Of a DNA stretch of 64,000 nt, positions 9,263-17,415 are shown piece after piece. The first letter of the stretch is position 1. Each line of letters starts with the position of its first letter. The notes under the pieces were generated by a model that saw only the letters and a list, made by a program, of their open reading frames with translations, was not told where the DNA came from and did not search any database. The translations under genes were made by a program, and so were the position numbers. This DNA is from Desulfurococcales archaeon (GTDB lineage: Archaea; Thermoproteota; Thermoprotei_A; Sulfolobales; NBVN01): positions 6,888 to 70,887 of the forward strand of contig JALVVU010000007.1 of assembly GCA_027023255.1 (NCBI GenBank), given 5' to 3'.

Positions 9263-10432
9263 TTACTTGCCTTTCTTTAGTTCCTCAAGCACTTCCTTTA
9301 GTGCCTTAAGCATCTCATCTATGTACTCGTCAGGCATGTAGCCCATGTGCCCTATCCTGAACGTTGTCTTCTTGAACTGCCCGTAACCCTTAGCTAACTC
9401 GTAACCCTTCTCCCTCATCCTGTTGTAAACGTCTAAGCCGTTGATTCCAGGCGGTGTCCTGACGCACGTTATGGTGGGGCTCTCGTACCCTTCCCTCGCG
9501 AATAACGTCATACCTAGGGCCTTAACTCCCGACCTTATCTTCTCCGCCCTCCTTTCATAGATCTTCAGCCACTCGTACTTACCACCGATTTTCTCGACTA
9601 CGCGCAGGATTACGTTAAGCGCTATTATCTGGGGTATTGGGGGTGTGGATGGTGTTGACCACTGCTCCTCCTGGTACTTAATGTACTTGAGTACGTCGAA
9701 GTACCATCCTCTATTCGGTATGTTCCGTGCTTTCTTCAACGCCTCCTTACTGAATACTCCTATAGCTAGGCCTGGCGGGACACCGAATGCTTTCTGGCTA
9801 CTGCTGAAGACTACGTCGAGGCCCCACTCATCAAACTTTATGTCTGCTGCCCCCATAGAGGAGACCGCGTCAACGAATACTAACTTCCCGTGCTCCTTCG
9901 CTACCTTAGCTAGCTCCTTAAGTGGGTTCAGAACGCCTGTGCTGGTTTCGTTATGCGTTATAGTTACGGCCTCGACGTCTGGGTTCTTTTTAAGTGCATC
10001 GTCTAGCTCTTCGGGTAGGACTGGGTTTCCGGGTTCTACCTCCAGTACTACGGGAACCCTGCCGTTCGACTCCACTACTTCCTTATACCGCTTCCCGAAG
10101 GACCCGATGATCGTGACGAGAACCTTCCCGCCGGGACTCACGAAGTTTCTTATGCTGGCCTCCATTACGCCAGTACCGCTACTGGGGAAGAGAAGTACGG
10201 TACCTTCCTTAGCCTCTAGGAAAGCCTTTAGTCTTTCGACTGTGTCCCTATGTAAGTCGCGGTACTCCTTCGATCTGTGGCTAAACATTTGGAAGGACAT
10301 AGCCTCCAAGACTTCGGGGAAGCACGCGACTGGCCCAGCCGTGAATAGTTTTAGGGGCTTAGGCCATACTATCTTCAGTACTTCCTTAACTATGTCTTCA
10401 CAACCCTTACCCAAGCAGTCCTCACCAAGCAT
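9263..10432 (-). CDS. Class V PLP aminotransferase (archaeal SerC / serine-pyruvate aminotransferase-like)
   Basis: FTAGP, SHRS, HNETSTG, VDAVSS, SSQKAFGVPPG and FRIGHMG. Confidence 0.88.
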   Translation of the reverse strand: MLGEDCLGKGCEDIVKEVLKIVWPKPLKLFTAGPVACFPEVLEAMSFQMFSHRSKEYRDLHRDTVERLKAFLEAKEGTVLLFPSSGTGVMEASIRNFVSPGGKVLVTIIGSFGKRYKEVVESNGRVPVVLEVEPGNPVLPEELDDALKKNPDVEAVTITHNETSTGVLNPLKELAKVAKEHGKLVFVDAVSSMGAADIKFDEWGLDVVFSSSQKAFGVPPGLAIGVFSKEALKKARNIPNRGWYFDVLKYIKYQEEQWSTPSTPPIPQIIALNVILRVVEKIGGKYEWLKIYERRAEKIRSGVKALGMTLFAREGYESPTITCVRTPPGINGLDVYNRMREKGYELAKGYGQFKKTTFRIGHMGYMPDEYIDEMLKALKEVLEELKKGK

Positions 10433-10494
10433 AATTTACTGCTGTGATTATTAATTCTCTTTTTCTTAAACTTCATAAAGCATGCAACATATTT

Positions 10495-10506
10495 TAAATG
10501 CATTTA
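10495..10506. promoter_or_regulatory. Perfect 12-bp palindrome TAAATGCATTTA in the divergent promoter region
   Basis: Seen directly between the two divergent aminotransferase genes. Confidence 0.4.
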
Positions 10507-10598
10507 CAGCGTGAGTAAGCACCTTGTTCTGAATGATTGCGTGAATTATTCGTGGTTAGGAAATGCGACATTATTAACTCCTCCGTGGTAAGACTAAC

Positions 10599-11840
10599 TT
10601 GGTGCACAACGTGAATAACCCACCCACACTAGGTCTTAAGGAGTGCATTAGGGACTTACTTGGTGAACGAGGATTCGCATACATAGCTAAGGCCAAGGAA
10701 CTTAAAGCCGCTGGTAAGGATGTCATTAGCTTCGGTGTTGGTCAGCCGGACATACCTACGTTTGACCACATAGTTGAGGAGGGGATTAAGGCACTAAAGG
10801 AGCGGTTCACAGGATATACCGAGACGCAAGGCATAAAGGAGTTGCGAATCGCCATCGCTGAGTACCTTAATGAGAGGTATGGCAGCGATGTTCGGGAGGA
10901 TGAAGTTCTAGTAACGATAGGTACTAAGGGGGCCGCATTCCTTGCTCTCGCCGCGTACCTGAGGCCTGGTGATGAAGTGATAGTTCCCGAACCGACTTAC
11001 CCTGTATACTCGGAAGCCCCCAAGTTCATAGGAGCTAAGCCCGTCTACATCCCGCTTAAGTGGGAAGGAGAGGATAGGGGCTTCAGCTTAGACATCGAGG
11101 AGATCGAGAAAGCCATCTCCAGCAAGACTAGGGCCTTAGTGGTCAACAACCCCCACAATCCCACGGGAGCAATATTCAAGCCAGCGGAGCTTGAGGCCTT
11201 AATGGATCTAGCTAGGAAGCATAACCTGGTAATCTTCGTTGACGAGATTTACGATAACTTCGTTTACGAGGAAGGTACGTTTAAGTCATTCATGGAATTT
11301 CCTGACTGGCGTGACTACGTGGTTTACCTGAATGGGTTCTCGAAAACCTTCTCCATGACGGGATGGAGGGTCGGGTACTTAGTTGCTAGGAGTGACGTCG
11401 TACGTAACTTAACGAAGTTAGCCGTTAATATCTGGTCATGCCCACCATCTATGGCTCAACGTGCTGCCATCGCGGCGCTAAAGGGGGATTGGGAACCTGT
11501 AAGGAACATGGTTAACTTATTTAGAGAACGTAGAGATGTCATAGTTACCGAGTTAGGGAAAGTCCCTGGCTTCGAGGTTTGGAAGAGTGCAGGGGCTTTC
11601 TACGTGTTTCCACGGGTTAGGAAACTATTGGATAGCATCGGCATGAGTGTTGAGGAGTTCGTGGATTACCTAATAAGCACTAAGTACGTGGTTACGTTAC
11701 CAGGCACTGCCTTTCCCAATACTGCCGGCAGAGATTACGTGAGGTTTAGCTTCTGCATCTCTAAGGACAGGATAGTCAAGGGTGTGAAGAGAATTAAGGA
11801 AGCCGTTGAGAACCTGTTATCCTTGAAATCTAAGCGTTAA
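10599..11840 (+). CDS. Class I/II PLP aminotransferase (aspartate/aromatic aminotransferase)
   Basis: GQPD, NNPHNPTG, DEIY and GFSKTFSMTGWRVGY. Confidence 0.92.
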   Translation: MVHNVNNPPTLGLKECIRDLLGERGFAYIAKAKELKAAGKDVISFGVGQPDIPTFDHIVEEGIKALKERFTGYTETQGIKELRIAIAEYLNERYGSDVREDEVLVTIGTKGAAFLALAAYLRPGDEVIVPEPTYPVYSEAPKFIGAKPVYIPLKWEGEDRGFSLDIEEIEKAISSKTRALVVNNPHNPTGAIFKPAELEALMDLARKHNLVIFVDEIYDNFVYEEGTFKSFMEFPDWRDYVVYLNGFSKTFSMTGWRVGYLVARSDVVRNLTKLAVNIWSCPPSMAQRAAIAALKGDWEPVRNMVNLFRERRDVIVTELGKVPGFEVWKSAGAFYVFPRVRKLLDSIGMSVEEFVDYLISTKYVVTLPGTAFPNTAGRDYVRFSFCISKDRIVKGVKRIKEAVENLLSLKSKR

Positions 11841-11878
11841 GGTTTTGAGATGCGAACCCTATTTTAGGGAGTGAGGAC

Positions 11879-11931
11879 ATGAAGAAAGCCGTCGCTACGG
11901 ACACCAGGATGACGAGAGAATCCCCGTCGGA
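11879..11931 (+). ncRNA. C/D-box guide sRNA candidate
   Basis: ATGAAGA-(12 nt)-CGGA-CACCAGG-ATGACGA-(12 nt)-CGGA followed by a T-run; both guides are 12 nt; D boxes are variant. Confidence 0.55.
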
Positions 11932-12033
11932 TTAATTTTTGCGTTGCGAAATGCATAGTCTCTTCCTAACAATAATAACCAGTTTTTTGGGAGTCTGGAG
12001 ATTACCTTAGTGCTCATCAAGGTGATGCACTAA

Positions 12034-13428
12034 ATGACTGGTAGAGTTCAAACGGTAACATATTACTTGGGGTTAGTTCTAGCAATTTTTGGAGCGGCCA
12101 ATTACGCGCCAGCTATCGTAGCCTTAGCAACTAATGATAGAGCATTCACGCCTTACCTCATGACCGGTACTTTAATGGTAGTATTGGGTTATGTCCTTCA
12201 CTTGTTTGGACGCGGTGCCTCAGGTAGGGAGCTTAAGTTCTGTGATGCTGCAACGATAGCCACTCTGTCTTTCATAGTGCCCGCGTTAGCTAATGCGTTG
12301 GTAATGTATGTTAGTAACTATGACTTCACGGATGCGTTATTTGAGAGTATCTCTGGCATCACTACCACAGGTCTTTCAATGTATACCACGTCGTCCCTTC
12401 CTCCGGTCTTTGTTTTTGCTAGGGCGTGGTTACAGTGGTTAGGTGGGGTAGGGATAGTTATACTGACTCTATCACTACTCGTAAGGCCGGGAACTGCTAC
12501 GTATCGGTTATTCTCCACTCACTTCAGAAGGGATCCCTCCCTACCCAGCTCAAGCATCCTTTCCAAGTACATCGTGTTGTTTTATGCGGGGTTGACGTCC
12601 CTAGCATTCTTGGCATACGCTATGGCGGGCATGCCGCTTTTTGATGCGTTAGTCTACTCCCTCACAACCACCTCGACGGGTGGGTTTTCCGGGTATACAA
12701 GTTTATCTGGTAACCCTGCCTTGATTGCTATGGTCTTCATGTTCCTTAGTTCGCAGAGCTTCATACTTTACTATAAGGTTCTGCGGGATAGGAGTCTCAA
12801 GCCCTTATTGAGAGGCACTCAACTTGCTTCATTCACGCTGATGACTATGCTGGGTGGAGCTACTTTATTTGTGGTGTGGCGTAGTGGCGTATCAACCGTG
12901 TTTTTCCACTTCATTTCCGCGTTGAGTACTACGGGATACTCCACCGTTAACATTGATTCACTGCCTGTTGCGGGGCAATTACTGCTTATCTTAGCCATGT
13001 TCGTTGGTGCCTCGATGGGCTCTACCGGGGGTGGTGTTAAGCAGTTCAGGGTCATCGTGGCTTTTAAGGCGTTCATAACCTCCATATTAAGGCTCACTGA
13101 GCCGAAGGAAAGAATTCACCTCGTTAAAGTTGCTAGCGAGCGAATAGAGGATTCTGAAGTCCTGACGTACTTAACCGTAATATTAACATATGCTGCCATC
13201 ATAGCGTTATCTAGCTTGATCTTCACAGCATTTGGTTACGGTCTCTTACCGTCACTCTTCTCCGTAACCTCCGCCCTAGGTACCGTGGGGCTTCAGCCAG
13301 GTATAATCACTCCCCAATTACCGACCATATTGAAGTGTGTTTTAATGATTAACATGGTTCTCGGAAGGTTAGAAGTAATTACGGTGCTTGCAGCTTTCAC
13401 TGGTTTAATTCGTCTTAGAGAAAGATAA
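12034..13428 (+). CDS. trkH: Trk K+ uptake membrane subunit
   Basis: Pore motifs FESISGITTTGLS, STGGFS, STTGYS, GSTGGGVK, LGTVGL and GRLE. Confidence 0.92.
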   Translation: MTGRVQTVTYYLGLVLAIFGAANYAPAIVALATNDRAFTPYLMTGTLMVVLGYVLHLFGRGASGRELKFCDAATIATLSFIVPALANALVMYVSNYDFTDALFESISGITTTGLSMYTTSSLPPVFVFARAWLQWLGGVGIVILTLSLLVRPGTATYRLFSTHFRRDPSLPSSSILSKYIVLFYAGLTSLAFLAYAMAGMPLFDALVYSLTTTSTGGFSGYTSLSGNPALIAMVFMFLSSQSFILYYKVLRDRSLKPLLRGTQLASFTLMTMLGGATLFVVWRSGVSTVFFHFISALSTTGYSTVNIDSLPVAGQLLLILAMFVGASMGSTGGGVKQFRVIVAFKAFITSILRLTEPKERIHLVKVASERIEDSEVLTYLTVILTYAAIIALSSLIFTAFGYGLLPSLFSVTSALGTVGLQPGIITPQLPTILKCVLMINMVLGRLEVITVLAAFTGLIRLRER

Positions 13429-13469
13429 CTTTATTTAATCAGTAACATGCACTCAGATAGTGTGATGTA

Positions 13470-14117
13470 TTGAAGGCGATAGTAGCTGGCGGAGGAGACG
13501 TGGGTAAGCTACTGGTTGAACGTCTCCAGGAAAGTAAGGCTGAGGTGACGCTCATAGAAAGTAATGCTGAACGCGCTCAATCACTAGCTGAGGAGCTAGA
13601 CTGCGCCGTTCTCCACGGTGATGCGACGTCCTTAAACGTGCTTAGGGACGCTGATTGTGCTAATGCTGATCTCTTTATCGCTGCCACGGGAGATGATAGG
13701 AGTAATATCCTCTCGGCCTTGCTCGCTAAGCAGCTCGGTGCTAAGCGTGTTGTGGTGGTACTAGAGGATCCCTCGCTTGAGGATGTGGCTAGGGGGTTAG
13801 GTCTTGGGAACGTGGTTATCCCGACAAGGCTGGCAGTCAATGAAGTCTTAGCTATTGCTAGAGGAGCTCCTCGCCCTAGTGAGGTGCTGGGTGAGGGGCT
13901 TACCCTAGTGAGGGTCCCTGTTAATGGGTTGCTATTGAGTACCAGCGTGAGTAGCCTTAAGTTGCCTGAGGGTGTTATCTTATGCGCTGTTATTCGAGGA
14001 GATAAAACTCTTCAGCCATCACAGGATTTGAAGTTAGGGGAAGGAGATGAACTCCTTTTCTTGGTGAAGGAGGAGAAACTCCCTAGCCTACGTAAAATCC
14101 TCGGAGGAGGGGATTGA
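13470..14117 (+). CDS. trkA: Trk K+ uptake RCK subunit
   Basis: GGGDVG Rossmann motif, HGDAT, ATGDDRSNI and TrkA_C domain; follows trkH. Confidence 0.9.
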   Translation: MKAIVAGGGDVGKLLVERLQESKAEVTLIESNAERAQSLAEELDCAVLHGDATSLNVLRDADCANADLFIAATGDDRSNILSALLAKQLGAKRVVVVLEDPSLEDVARGLGLGNVVIPTRLAVNEVLAIARGAPRPSEVLGEGLTLVRVPVNGLLLSTSVSSLKLPEGVILCAVIRGDKTLQPSQDLKLGEGDELLFLVKEEKLPSLRKILGGGD

Positions 14118-14123
14118 GGCTCT

Positions 14124-14825
14124 ATGGTTAATGAAGTTGCCGTCGTTGGTCATAGAGCAAACTCCTGGAGAGTCATTAGTTTCTATAGGTTCATTGGGGT
14201 ACCTATAGTTGAGATAGACGTCTGTCCTGGCAGTAACGGAAGGTTACTGGTTAAGCACGGTCCAAGCGAAGTTAAGCGTGCCTCACTCATTGGGAAGATG
14301 TTCTCTTACATAGATTATAAGTTATTCTATAGAGATCCCCTAATCAAGGCATCAACGCTTGAAAATCACCTTAAGTCCCTAAGCGAATTCTCCGGAGTTT
14401 TATTCGACATAAAGCGCGGCATTAACATTCAAGCCCTAGCGAATATTATAGACAGGATGCCCTACGAATACAATATAGCGTACGCATACGTATCGACACC
14501 CTACCATCCGATGATTAGAGAGCTAAAGGAATTAACGAACCGGGCAATGGTTGCTGCCACCCTCCACGACCTCCCCGTCGACCCTGTTTCGATGGTTCTT
14601 GCAGCCGATGCCGACGCCGTGTCAGCAAATTATACTCTCTTGAGCGAGGGGCTCATTAACTTATTCCACATGTCGGGAATCAAAGTATTCGCGTGGACCA
14701 TAAACGACTGTAAGTTAGCGCTCTCATTAGTAGATATGGGTGTTGATGCCATAATAACGGATAGGCCAGACATGATTATGAAGTGTTTAAGGAAGCACGG
14801 CATACGCATTAAGGGCTTTGTATGA
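14124..14825 (+). CDS. Glycerophosphodiester phosphodiesterase family protein
   Basis: GHR, EIDV, AWTIND and GVDAIITDRPD. Confidence 0.85.
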   Translation: MVNEVAVVGHRANSWRVISFYRFIGVPIVEIDVCPGSNGRLLVKHGPSEVKRASLIGKMFSYIDYKLFYRDPLIKASTLENHLKSLSEFSGVLFDIKRGINIQALANIIDRMPYEYNIAYAYVSTPYHPMIRELKELTNRAMVAATLHDLPVDPVSMVLAADADAVSANYTLLSEGLINLFHMSGIKVFAWTINDCKLALSLVDMGVDAIITDRPDMIMKCLRKHGIRIKGFV

Positions 14826-14948
14826 CTTAATCGTCAACTGAAAGTTACTGACGTACTTAGGGTAAGAGGCAATTACTTTCACAGAACTCCCACTATGTAC
14901 AACCATACCGGATTAGCTTAAGTATACCCCTTACTGAACCACTCTCAG

Positions 14949-15131
14949 GTGGTAGCGACGAGAATCGTTACATTCAAACTCCCCGAGAACCTACTGGAAG
15001 AGCTCGACCGATACGCGTTAGTGCACGGGATGAGTAGGTCCGACGTGATAAGGCTCGCCATTCAAAAACTCATTAAAGAGACAGCACGCCCAACGCCTAG
15101 GTACAGAGTAAGGCGAGTAATACTAACGTGA
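14949..15131 (+). CDS. Ribbon-helix-helix protein, aCcr1-like
   Basis: RIVTFKLPENLLEELDRYA...MSRSDVIRLAI with a C-terminal RVRRVIL strand resembles Sulfolobales aCcr1 as recalled; TATA-like CTTAAGTATA ~25 nt upstream. Confidence 0.8.
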   Translation: MVATRIVTFKLPENLLEELDRYALVHGMSRSDVIRLAIQKLIKETARPTPRYRVRRVILT

Positions 15132-15651
15132 ACTGTCGATTAAGGTAGACAATCCTATCAGATTACCAAGATGTGTGACCCCTAAATAATTTGGTTAAGC
15201 CAACTTAATCTCGTTCTCCTCTAATGCACTATTCGGGAAGAAATATCCTACTTTCATTATTATATCATCGGTAGTCCTAATCACACGCCTGCACATAACA
15301 CTATACATGCGCCTCGGATAACGTGCCTTTACCTAGAAGCCCTCCCACATACCTCATTGCTTGCAAAGCAAGGTACATCATCGACATCGATATTGAGCCT
15401 GTAGCCGCCACTAAACAAATATCTACCCACAAAACACCAATGATCATAAAAATTCATTTAATAAAAGTTGTAGAGGTGAGAGAAAGCTACATCCTAACAG
15501 TATCAATGAACTAAATAAAATTCATAGAACCCTACAGTGAAAAACTGAGGGAGTCCCTAGTCTAATGCTATTAAGGTGCTCAAGGAAAACAATTAAGCAT
15601 AATGAATACGTTGTACTACTTCTTTGGCGCTTCGTGGATTTATTGTTATAA

Positions 15652-15754
15652 TGGTGGGGCCGCGGGGATTTGAACCCCGGACCACGGGGGTTCCTGCCGT
15701 CTTCCGTGTGAGCGGACCCAAGCCCCGCATTCTCCCAAGCTAAACTACGGCCCC
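15652..15754 (-). tRNA. tRNA-Pro(TGG) with 26-nt intron at 37/38 (15691-15716); CCA encoded
   Basis: GGGGCCGTAG...CGGGG CT TGG G|intron|C CCCCG...GTTCAAATCCCCGCGGCCCCACCA; intact bulge-helix-bulge (CUUG/CAGG). Confidence 0.95.
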
Positions 15755-15808
15755 ACCACTTAGGGGTTTATGTGTTAGGGATTAATTTACCTTACTTGTC
15801 TTTCTCTC

Positions 15809-16762
15809 TTACTCTTTCTGGAGGATTGCGTGCAGTAGCTGTTTTGTTGCTGTTACGGTGTCTGTTTCGCCGTGTATAGCTTGTTCGTAGATCTTCTTTG
15901 CTTCGTTATTGGTGCGTAGTGTTTGTTGAGTCTTCCTTCTTAGTGCCTCTATGAGTAGTAGTTCGAGTTCTAGTTCTCTCCTTGTTTTTCTCTTCATTCG
16001 TAGTAAGTTGATACTTTTTGCAAACTCTCTGTGTTCATCTATTGTGTTTATTAAGTCGTTTATGCCTCGCCCCATTATGGGTGATGTTAATAGTACCTTG
16101 GGCTCCCATCCCCTTCTGTTCACGCCTTTTAACACGAACTTTACTTGGGAGTACGTTAATTCGGCTTCAGGTAGGTCTGCTTTGTTTATTGCGTAGATAT
16201 CCCCTATCTCCATTATGCCTGCTTTAAGGGCCTGTATCTCGTCACCTGCTCCAGGCATTAGCACTACGACCACAGTGTCCACCGCCTTCATTACTCTTAC
16301 ACTGAATTGACCTGCTCCGGGCGTCTCTATTATGATGTACTCGTATCCAAGACCTTCGAGTACCTCGATGGCTAGGAGTGCTTTCCATGGAAGAGACTCT
16401 TCCTCGCGAGTGCTCATGGATCGTATGAAAACCTTTCCTGTGAGGCGCCGCATCCTTATCCTATCTCCTAGTAAGGCCCCGCCGCTGAAGGGTGATGACG
16501 GATCCACCGCCACTATCGCCACACTATGTCCCTCCCTAGCGAGCCTGAGTGCGACAGCTGATATTAGGGTGGACTTACCTACCCCAGCAGCCCCCGTGAA
16601 TCCTATTACGTGGGATCTAGGCTCCTTAACCCAAAGGGGCTTCAGGATCTCTGAGTTGCTGTACGGGTCCTCCTCAATTGCTGTCAGTATCTTTGCTATT
16701 GCTAGCTTATCCCCGCTCCTAGCCCTCTCAATTATCTCATGGGGATTCATTGTCGCATACAC
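15809..16762 (-). CDS. meaB: MeaB/ArgK-family GTPase (chaperone for B12-dependent mutases)
   Basis: GAAGVGKST, AVDPSSPFSGGALLGDRIRM, GDEIQALKAGIMEI and NKAD. Confidence 0.9.
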   Translation of the reverse strand: MYATMNPHEIIERARSGDKLAIAKILTAIEEDPYSNSEILKPLWVKEPRSHVIGFTGAAGVGKSTLISAVALRLAREGHSVAIVAVDPSSPFSGGALLGDRIRMRRLTGKVFIRSMSTREEESLPWKALLAIEVLEGLGYEYIIIETPGAGQFSVRVMKAVDTVVVVLMPGAGDEIQALKAGIMEIGDIYAINKADLPEAELTYSQVKFVLKGVNRRGWEPKVLLTSPIMGRGINDLINTIDEHREFAKSINLLRMKRKTRRELELELLLIEALRRKTQQTLRTNNEAKKIYEQAIHGETDTVTATKQLLHAILQKE

Positions 16763-16883
16763 TGCGGTCTACCAATGAGTGGTGCGTAGGGCTACTTTTA
16801 AGTGCGTTTATTCCAATACCATGGAAACGGAAACCTAAGGAATTCACCTCAGAGTAAAAAGAAAATCGTGCTTTACCTAGCTT

Positions 16884-17141
16884 TTAGACTAGAATTATTC
16901 CCTCTGCTTGGCTTAAGCCGCTATCGTCTTCTAAGTAGTCATTGTCGGTGTTAAAATGAACGTTAATTTTCATTTCGCTCTCTATCTCGGCTAGGAATTC
17001 CAAAATTGCTGAACGAACAAGCTCGCTCTTTGAAGGATAATTAAATTTCTTTGCAAATTCTTCAAGCTCCTTGTTCATGCTCAACGGAATTCTAATCGTG
17101 ACTATCCTTCTGCGGCTCTTATTTCCTGCGATGAAAGGCAT
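16884..17141 (-). CDS. Ribbon-helix-helix (CopG/MetJ-like) regulator with acidic C-terminal tail
   Basis: RIVTIRIPLSMNKELEEFAKKFNYPSKSELVRSAILEFL; start moved to ATG 17141, 5 nt after a GGTGA SD. Confidence 0.8.
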   Translation of the reverse strand: MPFIAGNKSRRRIVTIRIPLSMNKELEEFAKKFNYPSKSELVRSAILEFLAEIESEMKINVHFNTDNDYLEDDSGLSQAEGIILV

Positions 17142-17270
17142 AAGCATCACCAAAGAATCAACGCAGTGTTTAGTAATAAAGACTAGGCCTGATGAAATAA
17201 GAGGGAATGACCCAGAACTAACACTGTTAATCAATAATACGTTTGTGAAGCATTCATGATTTAGGGCTAC

Positions 17271-17343
17271 GTATTATTAAGAAATAATACCTTAGGTATT
17301 TGTAACGATTAAGACAATACCGTCTACTCTATAGGTAATACTT
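17271..17343. promoter_or_regulatory. Cluster of GTATT/AATAC sites in a divergent promoter (putative RHH operators)
   Basis: Inverted repeat GTATTATT-aaga-AATAATAC (17271-17290), further half-sites at 17296 and 17316, and AAGTATTAC on the minus strand at 17335-17343. Confidence 0.5.
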
Positions 17344-17415
17344 TTTGTCTTACTTGATATAAAGATAGAATAAATAAGAACATATACCATTATATCCTAA
17401 TCACTCATATTTTAA

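Noticed and set aside
9645..10454. Long antisense ORFs (this 269-aa one and many similar)
   Set aside because: They are Ser/Thr-rich shadows of well-supported genes on the opposite strand.
15323..15514. 63-aa ORF in the AT-rich gap
   Set aside because: No SD, no motif and atypical composition.
16810..16835. ORB-like TTCCA...GGAAAC sequence
   Set aside because: Wrong spacing, single copy, no G-string and no cdc6 or whiP nearby.
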